A DNA stretch of 64,000 nt, from positions 160,001 to 224,000 of the forward strand of contig OZ219920.1 in NCBI GenBank assembly GCA_964291415.2, written 5' to 3'. This document shows, in pieces, positions 1-9,615 of this stretch. Position 1 is the first letter of the stretch. The number at the start of each line of letters is the position of its first letter. Made by a program: the position numbers and the translations under genes. The notes under the pieces are model-generated. The model was not told the DNA's origin and did no database searches. It was given only the letters and a program-made list of their open reading frames with translations. Source of the stretch: Alphaproteobacteria bacterium. Its GTDB lineage: Bacteria > Pseudomonadota > Alphaproteobacteria > SP197.

Positions 1-903
1 GGTCGCGATCTCTTCCGCACTGGCGCCGGCAAGGGCCGTTTCGATGATCTGCCGGGTGTTTTGCCTCACGGCCTGCGAGACGGCGTGGCTGCCGAGATCC
101 TCCGACCAGGCCACCTTCAGTCCCTCGACGCCAGGCGGATGCTCGGGCAGCAACGGGGCACCTGGAACATGCGCCGGGTCCCTTGCCCCATGGGGGCCGT
201 TGGCGATAGCGTTCTGCACGAGCGCGGCGTCGCCGCTGGTACGGGTCATGGGGCCGATGTGAAAGAAGGGATCCATCGCCACTTCGGGACTTCCGGGGTT
301 GCGACCGTAGGGCGGCTTGTAGCCGGTGATGCCGCACATCGCGGCCGGCATCCTGATACTCCCGGCGCTGTCGGAACCGGTGGCAAGCGTCGTTGTTCCG
401 GCCGCGACCGCGGCGGCAGCGCCGCCGGACGAGGCGCCGCACGTGATCGCCGTGTTCCATGGATTGCGCGTGACCCCGTGCAGACGCGACGTGCAGGTCC
501 AGGGCCAGACGAACTCCGGGCATGTGGTGAGGGCATGGATGATCGCGCCCTCATCGACAAGGCTGGCAACGGTTGGATTGGTGTGATCCGCCAGGTTGTC
601 GGCGAAGATGAGGGATCCGAAAGTCCGCGGCTTGCCGGCGACAGCCGTATCCTCCTTGACCGCCAGCGTCAGGCCCTCGAGCCGTCCGGGACCGCCGTCC
701 TTCCCGGCATAGCGCGCTTCCGATCGCCGTGCCGCTTCCAGGGCTTCGTCGAAGAAGGTCGAGGCCAGGGCATTGACCCGGCCCTCGACCGCATCGGCGC
801 GGGCAATCTGCGCCTCGAGAACGTCCACGGGCGAAAGTTCGCGGGTTCTGAACAGCCGCAACGCCTCCCTGGCGTCAAGAAAGCAGAGATCGGTGTCGTT
901 CAT
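1..903 (-). CDS. Amidase-signature family protein (runs off the window edge)
   Basis: Not in the ORF track. Manual translation from ATG 903: MNDTDLCFLDAREALRLFRTRELSPVDVL...LAVKEDT...GASSGGAAAAVAAG...TGSDSAGSIRMPAAMCG, i.e. the amidase signature with Lys/Ser/Ser triad motifs. Confidence 0.9.
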   Translation of the reverse strand, partial: MNDTDLCFLDAREALRLFRTRELSPVDVLEAQIARADAVEGRVNALASTFFDEALEAARRSEARYAGKDGGPGRLEGLTLAVKEDTAVAGKPRTFGSLIFADNLADHTNPTVASLVDEGAIIHALTTCPEFVWPWTCTSRLHGVTRNPWNTAITCGASSGGAAAAVAAGTTTLATGSDSAGSIRMPAAMCGITGYKPPYGRNPGSPEVAMDPFFHIGPMTRTSGDAALVQNAIANGPHGARDPAHVPGAPLLPEHPPGVEGLKVAWSEDLGSHAVSQAVRQNTRQIIETALAGASAEEIAT

Positions 904-965
904 GGGCGGATGATCCGGAATGGGAGTGTCGCCGCGAATTCACAGGCCGCACACGGGACAGTCCG

Positions 966-1625
966 GTGAACGACCCCGGGCGTCGCCTTGCCGCCGAGTT
1001 CATCGGCACGGCCTTCCTGCTGGCGACCGTCATCGGTTCGGGCATCATGGCAGAGACGCTGTCACCGGACAACGTCGGCGTGGCGCTCGCCGGAAACACG
1101 CTGGCCACGGCGGCCATGCTGGTCGTCCTCATCCTGATCTACGGACCCATATCGGGTGGTCACTTCAACCCGGCTGTGACACTGGCCTTCGCCCTCAAGC
1201 GGGACATTCCTGTGGGCGAGGCGGTGGCCTATGTCGCCGTCCAGGTGGCCGGCGCCCTTGCAGGCGCCATGCTCGCCCATGTCATGTTCGACCAGCCGCT
1301 TCTCCTTGCCTCGCAGCAGGCGCGCACGGGTGTAGGCCAGTGGACGGGGGAACTGGTGGCCACGTTCTCCCTGGTGGCCGCCATTCTTGGCTGTCTGAAG
1401 TGGCGTCCGGATGCCGTGCCCTGGGCCGTTGGCCTGGCGATCGCCGGCGGCTACTGGTACACCTCGTCGACCTCCTTCGCCAATCCCGCAGTCACCATTG
1501 CCCGCAGCCTGACGGACACCTTCTCCGGCATCCTTCCGGCCCACGCGCCTGCATTCATCGCCGCGCAGTGTGCCGGCGCCATTGCCGCCGTCCTGCTGTT
1601 AGGCTGGCTCCTGCAGCGCAAGTGA
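966..1625 (+). CDS. MIP/aquaporin family channel, AqpS-like
   Basis: Hydrophobic 219 aa protein with two NPA boxes (SGGHFNPAVT, TSSTSFANPAVT). Confidence 0.9.
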   Translation: MNDPGRRLAAEFIGTAFLLATVIGSGIMAETLSPDNVGVALAGNTLATAAMLVVLILIYGPISGGHFNPAVTLAFALKRDIPVGEAVAYVAVQVAGALAGAMLAHVMFDQPLLLASQQARTGVGQWTGELVATFSLVAAILGCLKWRPDAVPWAVGLAIAGGYWYTSSTSFANPAVTIARSLTDTFSGILPAHAPAFIAAQCAGAIAAVLLLGWLLQRK

Positions 1626-1632
1626 GCGCAGC

Positions 1633-4038
1633 ATGCAGTTCGCCATAGGCCAGCCCAACCCGAGAACCGAGGATCCTCGCCTTGTGCGGGGCGGCGGACG
1701 CTATGCCGATGACGTCAACCTCGACGGTCAGCTGTGGGGAGCGGTGCTCCGTTCGCCCCATGCCCATGCCGCCATTGCCGGCATCGACTGCAGTGAGGCC
1801 CGTGCCGGGCATGGTGTGCGCCTTGTTCTCACCAACGACGACCTTGAGGCCGAGGGAATTGGCTCACTGCCGTTCACCAGCGCCATTGCCAACCGGGATG
1901 GATCTCCGATCGCAGACATTCCACATCCGGTTCTGGCGACCGGCAGGGTCCGGCATGTTGGCGAACCGGTGGTCTTCGTGGTGGCGGAATCGCGCGAGGC
2001 GGCACGTGATGCATGCGAAGCGGTCCATGTCGACTACCATCCGCTCGATGCCGTGACCGGCACCGCCGGGGCACTTGCAGACGATGCTCCGCAACTGTGG
2101 GAGGAAGCGCCGGGCAACGTGGTGCTTGACTGGGACGTCGGTGACGCCGCGGCGGTCCGCAACGCCTTCGCCGCGGCCGACCGCGTGGTGGAACTCGAGG
2201 TGGTCAACAACCGCGTGGTCGTGGCACCCCTCGAGCCGCGTGCCGCGGTCGGTGACTACGAACCCGGGAGCGGCCGCTTCACCCTCCATGCCTGCTCCCA
2301 GGGCGCCCACAAGCTCGCGGCCCCCCTGGCCAGGGACGTTCTCAAGGTGCCGGGAGACCGTCTTCGCGTGCTGACCGGAGATGTGGGCGGCGCCTTCGGC
2401 ATGAAGAACTTCCTTTTTCACGAGTATGTCCTCGTGCTGGTTGCGGCACGGCGCCTTGAGCGCCCGGTCAAGTGGACGGCGGATCGCAGCGAGAGCTTTG
2501 TCAGCGACCTGCAGGGCCGCGACCGCGTCATGAAGGGGCGAATGGCCTTCGACAGTGCCTGCCGGATCGTCGCCCTCGAGGTCGATGTCATCGCCAATTT
2601 CGGCGCCTACGTTTCGCAGTTCATGCCCTTCGTGGCGACCCTTGCCGCCACCGCCATCCAGTCCATGGCCTACAGGATTCCGGCCATTCACACCCGGGTG
2701 CGCGGGGTGATGACCAACACCGTGCCGATCGATGCCTACCGTGGGGCGGGGCGCCCGGAAACCGGGTTCATGGTCGAGCGTCTGCTCGACCTCGCGGCAC
2801 GCCGGTTCGGACTGTCCGGGAGCGCCATACGCCGCCTCAATCACGTGCGCCAGGAGGACTTTCCCTGGGACACCGGTGTCGGCGTCGTCTACGACTGTGG
2901 CGATTTCGGACGCCATCTTGACCGGGCGCTCGAGCTTGCCGATGTCGCCGGTTTCCCGGCGCGCCGCGAGGAGTCAGGCCGCCGGGGCGTGTTGCGCGGT
3001 CTTGGTGTCACGGGCGTCTTCGACCGTTGCGGCGGCATGGGGCCGGACATGGTGGACCTCGATATCGACAGCGAGGGACATGTCCTGGCCAGGGTCGGGA
3101 CGCAGACGAACGGGCAGGGTCACGAGACGGCCTATACGCAGATCATCGCCGACAGGCTCAAGGTCGACCCCTCGCGCATTCGCATTCTCCAGGGTGACAA
3201 CGAACTGGTGCCCTTCGGTTCGGGCAATGGCGGTTCCAACTTCATCGCCATAGCCGGCAGCGCCTGTCTCATCGCTGTCGGGCACGCCATCGACAAGGGG
3301 CGGCGCATCACGGCGCATCTCCTGGAGACGGCCGCCGACGACATTGTCTTCGAGGACGGCATCTTTCGCATAGACGGCACCGACCGCACGCTGACCTTCG
3401 AGGAGGTGGCGGCGGCGGCCGGTGACCCGGACCGCCTGGCGCAAGGGGAGGAACCGGGCTGGCGGGTGAGCGGAACCTACAAGCCTCCGGACGGGCCGGC
3501 CTTTCCCAACGGCACCCACATCTGCGAACTCGAGGTCGACCCCGAAACCGGGGTGACGGACCTCCAGCGCTACATCGCGGTGGACGATGCCGGAGTCGTC
3601 ATCAATCCCCTTCTGGTTGACGGTCAGGTGCACGGTGGCGTGGTTCAGGGTATTGGCCAGGCCCTGGCCGAGGAGGCACACTATGATCCCGGCTCGGGAC
3701 AGCTGCTCACAGGCTCCTTCCTCGACTACCAGCTTCCCAGGGCAAGCGATCTCGTCATGATCGAGACCGACCGCATCGAGGTGCCGACGGCACGCAATCT
3801 CCTCGGCGTCAAGGGTATCGGCGAAACCGGGGCGATCGGCAGTCCTCCAGCCGTCATCAACGCGCTGGTGGATGCGCTGGCTCCCCTCGGCATCGATCAC
3901 ATCGACATGCCTGCAACACCGCTCAAGGTGTGGAGCGCAATTCAGTCTGCAACGGCATCATCCCACCAGAAACACTCCACCGTTCTCTCTCACTTGCGGC
4001 CCCATCTACACCATGTTGGACGACAACCCGGGCGCTAG
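1633..4038 (+). CDS. Xanthine dehydrogenase family molybdopterin-binding large subunit (form II CoxL-like)
   Basis: N-terminal R.EDPRLVRG.GRYADD, VGGAFG, active-site loop AYRGAGR, GQGHET, GQVHGG, GVKGIGE. Confidence 0.92.
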   Translation: MQFAIGQPNPRTEDPRLVRGGGRYADDVNLDGQLWGAVLRSPHAHAAIAGIDCSEARAGHGVRLVLTNDDLEAEGIGSLPFTSAIANRDGSPIADIPHPVLATGRVRHVGEPVVFVVAESREAARDACEAVHVDYHPLDAVTGTAGALADDAPQLWEEAPGNVVLDWDVGDAAAVRNAFAAADRVVELEVVNNRVVVAPLEPRAAVGDYEPGSGRFTLHACSQGAHKLAAPLARDVLKVPGDRLRVLTGDVGGAFGMKNFLFHEYVLVLVAARRLERPVKWTADRSESFVSDLQGRDRVMKGRMAFDSACRIVALEVDVIANFGAYVSQFMPFVATLAATAIQSMAYRIPAIHTRVRGVMTNTVPIDAYRGAGRPETGFMVERLLDLAARRFGLSGSAIRRLNHVRQEDFPWDTGVGVVYDCGDFGRHLDRALELADVAGFPARREESGRRGVLRGLGVTGVFDRCGGMGPDMVDLDIDSEGHVLARVGTQTNGQGHETAYTQIIADRLKVDPSRIRILQGDNELVPFGSGNGGSNFIAIAGSACLIAVGHAIDKGRRITAHLLETAADDIVFEDGIFRIDGTDRTLTFEEVAAAAGDPDRLAQGEEPGWRVSGTYKPPDGPAFPNGTHICELEVDPETGVTDLQRYIAVDDAGVVINPLLVDGQVHGGVVQGIGQALAEEAHYDPGSGQLLTGSFLDYQLPRASDLVMIETDRIEVPTARNLLGVKGIGETGAIGSPPAVINALVDALAPLGIDHIDMPATPLKVWSAIQSATASSHQKHSTVLSHLRPHLHHVGRQPGR

Positions 4039-4236
4039 GCGCATCGCCACAACATGCCAATGATGGAATCGTGCTCCACGGACATCCCTCTCGTTGCTCG
4101 AAAGCACCCGGAGTACCCTTTTCCTGGCGCTTGTTCGGATGGGTGCGTCCATTGTCGCTACCTTCCTGACCACCTCTCTATCGAGTTCGGCTGCCTTGCG
4201 CCCGTGATTTCGTTCGTTCATGCATCCCGGCCATCC

Positions 4237-4419
4237 TCAGGTCCGAATGTCCGCAATCGCTGCCTTGAGATCCCGCGTAAACTCCCTGACGAAACGGCAC
4301 TTTGGCAAGATGGTGCTGGTCCCTATCACGATCTCCAAAACGACATTGGGAACAAAGGGCTCCACCACCAGATCGCCTGCCACCTCTCGTTGGAAGACGA
4401 TGGGGAACTGAGCTGTCAA
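4237..4419 (-). pseudogene. Probable C-terminal fragment of a LysR-type regulator
   Basis: AGDLVVEPFVPNVVLEIVIGTSTILPKCRFVREFTRDLK resembles the C-terminus of LysR substrate-binding domains; no HTH N-terminus is present. Confidence 0.4.
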
Positions 4420-4498
4420 ATGTCTCGGCCTGGGGTCTCATCGGCGCGTGCGGATCCCAGCACAATGCCCCCTCATTCCAGTCAGCAAGGAGAAAAAC

Positions 4499-5126
4499 GT
4501 GTCTCAGTTTCGACCGAAGTACAAAACATTCGACTGCTATGGGACCCTTGCAAAATTCCGGATGAGAACCGTTGCACGGGACGGGTACCAATTCAACAAG
4601 GACTTCGGAGTCCATCGATTTGATGTGGTGCCTGGAGACTGGAAACCCTATCAGAACGCAATCAAGAACGCCGTTCGTCGAACCTGCGAAAAATGGGGAA
4701 TGGAATACGTCGATTCCGAGGCTCAGGTTTACTATGACAAGGTGCCTGACCGGGACCTCATCGCGACGTTTCTGATCCGTTTGCTCGAGTGGCCGGGCAT
4801 TGTCCGCTGGTGGTCCCGTCCAAGGCTTCAGACAACCAGATTGAGATAAGCTCGGCGCGCCCTTCCATGCGGCTCGCACGGCCGAACAAGCACGGGCCTA
4901 CAAGCCGCGTTACAGAGCATTCAAATACATGTTCGACCAATTGGGATGCGGGGAGGGGAACGTCTTGCATGTATCGGCAAGCCTTCGATACGATCTTGTC
5001 TCTGCCTACGGTCTCGCTATCAAGAACAAGGTCGATGTCCATCGCGGCTATGAGCCGACGGCACCGGGATGCGAGTATCATGATGTATCCGGCATTGGCG
5101 TCTTGTCGGGAATTCCCGGGCTGTAG
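4499..5126 (+). pseudogene. Type II haloacid dehalogenase (HAD) pseudogene, frameshifted
   Basis: RBS AAGGAG then GTG 4499: SQFRPKYKTFDCYGTL (HAD motif I). Continues in other frames: PLVVPSKASDNQI, then DKLGAPFHAARTAEQARAYKPRYRAFKYMFDQLGCGEGNVLHVSASLRYDL...IPGL*. Confidence 0.85.
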
Positions 5127-5141
5127 TCGAGTGCAGGCTCC

Positions 5142-6419
5142 ATGAAACTCAAGCCCTATTGGTTGGATACGGCCCCGGCGTTCAGGTCCTGCGTTGCTGG
5201 CCCTCCTCCCGAACGGTGTGATGTGGTCGTGATCGGTGGAGGGTTCACTGGCCTGTCGGCAGCCTTGGCGTTGGCAAGGAAGGGCGTCGACATCGTAGTG
5301 CTTGAAGCGAAGGGGGTTGTGTCGGCGGCTTCGGGACGGAATGGCGGACATTGCAACAACGGGCTCATCAAGCCGATTGGCACGATTGCGTCGCAACATG
5401 GAGAGGAAGTCGCCAAGACTCTGTACCGCGCTTTCGATGCTGCTGTTGACACCGTTGAGCGCCTGGTCGATGAGGAGGCAATCGACTGCGACTTTCGACG
5501 CAGTGGCAAGATTCTGTTGGCGGCCAAACCATCCCACTTTGATAGACTTAAGAAAAACTCCGAGCACCTGATGAGAGGTCTCGATACAGATACCGAGCTG
5601 GTGTCGCCCGCAGATCTTGGATTTGAAGTAGTCTCCTCGAAGTTCCATGGCGGTCTTCTGTTCCACCGGAGTGCGAAGTTGCATGTTGGTCGTTTCGGTA
5701 TCGGTCTTGCGGAAGCGGCTGCCGGCCACGGCGCCAGGATTTTCGAGAACACACCCGTTTCAAACATCAAGCGGGTTGGCACAACCAACATTGCGGTTGA
5801 AACGGCTTGCGGGACAATTCAGACCGAGAATGTGTTCGTGGCCACCGGGGCGGATACCGCAGCGCCATTTGACTACTTGCGTCGACGGATCGTGCCGATC
5901 GGGAGCTTTGTCATTGCTACGGAACAACTGTCGAAAGAGCAGCTCGACACGGTCATGCCGACCCGGAGAACGGCCGTTACCTCAAGACACATTGGAAACT
6001 ACTTCCGCGTATCGCCGGACAATCGGCTGATTTTCGGCGGGCGTGCGCAGTTCGCACTTTCAAGCCCAAAAGCCGACGCCGAGAGTGGTCAAATCCTGGC
6101 ACGCGCGATGACGGAGATCTTTCCCCAACTGTCGGACGTCCAGATTGATTACTGTTGGGGGGGATTGCTGGATGTCACGATGGACCGCCTGCCGCGGGCT
6201 GGCAAGAACGGTGGATTGTACTACTCCCTTGGATACAGCGGCCATGGCGTGCAAATGTCCGTGCACATGGGGCGGATCATGGCCGATGTCATGACGGGCG
6301 GCCCTGATACAAACCCATTATCCGACCTGCCGTGGCAAGCGGTGCCTGGCTACTCCGGGATGCCATGGTTCCTTCCGATTGTCGGAATGTACTACAGACT
6401 GCTCGACAGATTCTCGTGA
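5142..6419 (+). CDS. FAD-dependent oxidoreductase (DAO family, PuuB/OrdL-like)
   Basis: VVVIGGGFTGLSAA, ASGRNGG, GYSGHGV; noticeably more A/T-ending codons than the flanking genes. Confidence 0.9.
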   Translation: MKLKPYWLDTAPAFRSCVAGPPPERCDVVVIGGGFTGLSAALALARKGVDIVVLEAKGVVSAASGRNGGHCNNGLIKPIGTIASQHGEEVAKTLYRAFDAAVDTVERLVDEEAIDCDFRRSGKILLAAKPSHFDRLKKNSEHLMRGLDTDTELVSPADLGFEVVSSKFHGGLLFHRSAKLHVGRFGIGLAEAAAGHGARIFENTPVSNIKRVGTTNIAVETACGTIQTENVFVATGADTAAPFDYLRRRIVPIGSFVIATEQLSKEQLDTVMPTRRTAVTSRHIGNYFRVSPDNRLIFGGRAQFALSSPKADAESGQILARAMTEIFPQLSDVQIDYCWGGLLDVTMDRLPRAGKNGGLYYSLGYSGHGVQMSVHMGRIMADVMTGGPDTNPLSDLPWQAVPGYSGMPWFLPIVGMYYRLLDRFS

Positions 6420-6460
6420 ATCATGACGTAACGATGCTGCAGGAGCGTGACCGGCATTCA

Positions 6461-6646
6461 CAATTGGAGATTGGACCGCTCACGGCGAGGCCACGCAAGC
6501 CGGAGACATTCGGCTTCCTCGATACGACGCACTGCTGCGCCATTACGAAGACGGGCACGTTCCAGGTCGGTCGAAGACCATCCCGGAAACGAGATCGCCG
6601 AATGCTGTGGCGGGGCGAGGCGGCACTTTGCGGGCGACGGTACGAC
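6461..6646 (+). mobile_element. Group II intron reverse transcriptase/maturase fragment
   Basis: RKPETFGFLDTTHCCAITKTGTFQVGRRPSRKR matches the KPETFxFLGFTHxC...FxxGRKxxRKR segment (RT7 into domain X); the rest of the gene is absent. Confidence 0.75.
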
Positions 6647-6790
6647 AACCACCACCATGATCGTCTCCTTGTGGACGTCCAGACCGACGTATCTATACTC
6701 CGCCAAGACCTGCCCTCCTCGATGTGGCTCTTGTTCTGCGAGCCATGTCTTCGAGCATGGTTCACGAACCTCGAGGCCAGAGCAGGTCAT
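6644..6790 (-). mobile_element. IS110-family remnant: upstream non-coding end plus the first ~21 transposase codons
   Basis: GAGGAGG RBS and TTG 6706: AEYRYVGLDVHKETIMVVVV (DEDD transposase N-terminal GLDVHK motif). Structured region at 6707-6788. Confidence 0.78.
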
Positions 6791-6819
6791 TCAGGATGAC
6801 CAGGCCGGGAGAAACTTCG

Positions 6820-7983
6820 ATGATCCCTTCATCAGAGTTTGCGGAACGCCGGGACCGTGCCCGGCAGGCAGTCCGGGACGCGGGCCTTGCCGGTCTCCTC
6901 GTCTGTTCGCGTGGCGGCGGTACCACTGACCGCTACGCCGACGTCAAGTACCTCACCAACTTCTATACGCGGTTTCCCTATATTCCGGATGTGCCGGGCG
7001 AGTGGACGGGCAGGGCCCACGCGTTCGTCGTCCTGCCGGCCGACGGCGAGCCGGTGCTGGTGGCCGATGACCGGCCGGAACGCGACTCGGACCTTGCGAT
7101 TGGCGATGTCACGGTCACCGGAGACGTGACGGGGTCGGTGATCGCCGCGATGAAGAAGGCCGGTCTCGCCGGGGGGCGCATTGGCGTCGCTGGGTCCGAT
7201 ACCCTGCCCTGGAGCCTTCACAACGCCCTTGCAGAGGCTCTTCCGGAGGTTGCGTGGGTGCCCGCGGACGGCATTCTGGGCCGCCTGCGCATGGTGAAGT
7301 CTCCAGGGGAAATCGCGATGCTGCGCCGGGCCTCGCACGTCGGCAGCCGAGCCACCGAGGCGATGCTGGAGAGGGCGGTGCCAGGCGCCACCCACGGCGA
7401 GGTGGTGGCCGCCGGCATGGAGGTTCTCGTGACCGCCGGGGGCATTCTCTACAACTCGTTCATGTCATCCGGGAAGGGCGGCAACAACCCCGTCACCGTG
7501 GCGAGCAGTTTCCCGACCTGGGGATCCGACGACGTGCTCGAGGACGGCGACTGGTTTCATGTCGGAATCTCGGGAGCCGTCGACGGCTACTACTTCGATC
7601 ATGCCCGCTCGAAACCGGTCGGCCACGCCACCGCCGAACAGATCCGTGTCTTCGAGGCGCCGCTCCTGGCCGTCCGGGAGGCGATGGCCGTCGTCCGTCC
7701 CGGCGTGACGGCCGCCGACATCGCCCGCGCCGGACGTGAAAAACTCGAGAGTCTGGGTTTCGAGCTGGAGGGCTCCTTCAAGGGATTCGGCCACGGCATC
7801 GGTCTGGGCTGGGATTCGCCATGGCTGGTGGAGAGCGATCACACCCCTATCGAGGAGAACATGGTGCTGTGTGTCGAACGCAGTGTCCGCCACATGGGCT
7901 ATGTCGGCGACTTCGAGGAAACCGTGGTCGTCACGAAGGACGGCTGCGAACTCCTCACCGACGCCCGCGTACGCTGGTGGTAG
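6820..7983 (+). CDS. M24 family metallopeptidase (Xaa-Pro aminopeptidase/creatinase-like)
   Basis: Creatinase-N-like start EFAERRDRAR, LRMVKSPGEI, GHGIGL, FEETVVVTKDGCELLT. Alternative start at 6796. Confidence 0.88.
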   Translation: MIPSSEFAERRDRARQAVRDAGLAGLLVCSRGGGTTDRYADVKYLTNFYTRFPYIPDVPGEWTGRAHAFVVLPADGEPVLVADDRPERDSDLAIGDVTVTGDVTGSVIAAMKKAGLAGGRIGVAGSDTLPWSLHNALAEALPEVAWVPADGILGRLRMVKSPGEIAMLRRASHVGSRATEAMLERAVPGATHGEVVAAGMEVLVTAGGILYNSFMSSGKGGNNPVTVASSFPTWGSDDVLEDGDWFHVGISGAVDGYYFDHARSKPVGHATAEQIRVFEAPLLAVREAMAVVRPGVTAADIARAGREKLESLGFELEGSFKGFGHGIGLGWDSPWLVESDHTPIEENMVLCVERSVRHMGYVGDFEETVVVTKDGCELLTDARVRWW

Positions 7984-8457
7984 GCGTGCCTCACGACCCG
8001 GGAACCTGGTGCCACTTGCGTACACTCGGAGCCGTGCCGGGCCCTGTCTCAAGCGATGTGAGGTCTGCAGAGCGGCTCCGAACCAGTCTAATTCATATGT
8101 TCCGGTGAACTATTAATAGCCCTGCGCCCTATGAAGATACGCTTAATAGAAGGCTGAGGGGACTCCCCATCGCAGTTGCACGGTGACACACGCGGCCTCG
8201 GGTCGGGTTGTGTCGTGTCATCCCGGAAAACCGGATCCACACGGCGCAGGATGGCCAGGCCGGCCAGTTTGACACGGGCACTGATTCCTCGTAATTCAGA
8301 CATTCGAACGAACTCTTAATTATCTTGCGTGATAGTCAACTGCGCTTGATTGGGGACCGGCTGCGCACGACGCACCAAGGCTCTCATTCAACGAATGGCA
8401 TCACGTTCTGACTTGATCGCGTTGAAACACGTTGCGTTGATCGGGGGGCACTTCCGC

Positions 8458-9615
8458 ATGGACCGGAGCGAGACGGGCCGATACGAATCAGTTGTCGTCG
8501 GTGGCGAGACAGCACGTGCCTTTGTCCCGGCACCCTTGCCGCCGGTGCCCGCCCTGGACCTGACACACCTGCAGTCCCGTCTGGAGCGGGCCTTGCTTGC
8601 CCTCGGGCGCCTGGACAGTCTTTCGACGTTGCTGCCCGACATCGGCCTTTTCCTCTACACATACGTGCGCAAGGAGGCCGTTCTCTCCTCCCGGATTGAA
8701 GGCACTCAGTCCTCGCTGTCCGATCTTCTGTTGTTTGAACTGGATGAAGTGCCGGGTGTTCCCTTCGAAGACGTCGTAGAGGTCTCCAACTATGTGGAGG
8801 CCCTGGAGCATGGATTGCGCCGGCTGCACGATGGCTTTCCGCTGTGCAATCGCCTTATCCGGGAGATTCACGAGGTGCTGCTCAGTCGGGGCCGCGGCCA
8901 GAACAAGACGCCCGGAGAATTCCGCCGCTCACAGAATTGGATCGGCGGACGTCGCCCCGGATTGGCACACTTCGTCCCGCCTCCAGCTGCTTGGGTCGAA
9001 CGCTCTATGTCCGATCTCGAGCGCTTCATTCATGCTGACAGTGACGGACTGCCCCTCGTTCTGCGGGCAGGTCTCGCTCATGCTCAGTTCGAGACCATTC
9101 ACCCGTTTCTCGACGGCAATGGCCGGGTAGGGCGCCTCCTGATCACGCTCATGTTGCATCATGGCGGAGTCCTGCGCCAACCGCTCCTGTATCTCAGTCT
9201 CCATTTCAAGCAGCGCAGGGACAACTACTACGATCTCCTCAATGATGTGCGCCGCCGGGGCGACTGGGAAGCGTGGCTCTCATTCTATCTTGACGGGGTG
9301 GCCGGGACGGCAGAGGGAGCGGTCGAAACGGCGCAGCGGCTTCTGGCACTCGTTGAGGAGGACCAAACGAGAATCCGGCGGATGGGACGGCGGGCGGGAT
9401 CCGCGCTGCGCATTCATCAGGCGCTGGGCGAGCGTCCTATCGGATCAATCAGGACACTTGCCGCAAGAGCAGGGCTGTCCTTTCCCGCGGCATCATCCGG
9501 GGTGAAGGCTCTGGAAGATCTCGCCATTGCCCGGGAGTTGACGGACAAGAAACGAAACCGGCTCTTCGGTTACGACCGTTATCTGGCCATTCTCGGCGAA
9601 GGGACGGAACCGTAG
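8458..9615 (+). CDS. Fic family protein (class II, with Fic_N domain)
   Basis: Canonical HPFLDGNGRVGR motif; inhibitory motif SSRIEG; C-terminal HTH-like region. Confidence 0.93.
   Translation: MDRSETGRYESVVVGGETARAFVPAPLPPVPALDLTHLQSRLERALLALGRLDSLSTLLPDIGLFLYTYVRKEAVLSSRIEGTQSSLSDLLLFELDEVPGVPFEDVVEVSNYVEALEHGLRRLHDGFPLCNRLIREIHEVLLSRGRGQNKTPGEFRRSQNWIGGRRPGLAHFVPPPAAWVERSMSDLERFIHADSDGLPLVLRAGLAHAQFETIHPFLDGNGRVGRLLITLMLHHGGVLRQPLLYLSLHFKQRRDNYYDLLNDVRRRGDWEAWLSFYLDGVAGTAEGAVETAQRLLALVEEDQTRIRRMGRRAGSALRIHQALGERPIGSIRTLAARAGLSFPAASSGVKALEDLAIARELTDKKRNRLFGYDRYLAILGEGTEP
9534..9613 (+). repeat. 80-bp direct repeat, copy 1 (3' end of fic)
   Basis: Ungapped alignment to 12262-12341, 67/80 identical by manual count. 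Confidence 0.92.

Noticed and set aside
61-969. 302-aa plus-strand ORF
   Set aside because: Antisense to the amidase, whose signature motifs are on the minus strand.
1633-4038. Bona fide (form I) CO dehydrogenase
   Set aside because: The loop is AYRGAGR rather than AYxCSFR, and coxM/coxS are absent from the window.
8026-8119. 9-bp inverted repeat (TCGGAGCCG/CGGCTCCGA) and CTATTAATAG palindrome upstream of fic, as a MITE or operator
   Set aside because: Short, single-copy in the window, no target duplication; cannot be distinguished from chance.
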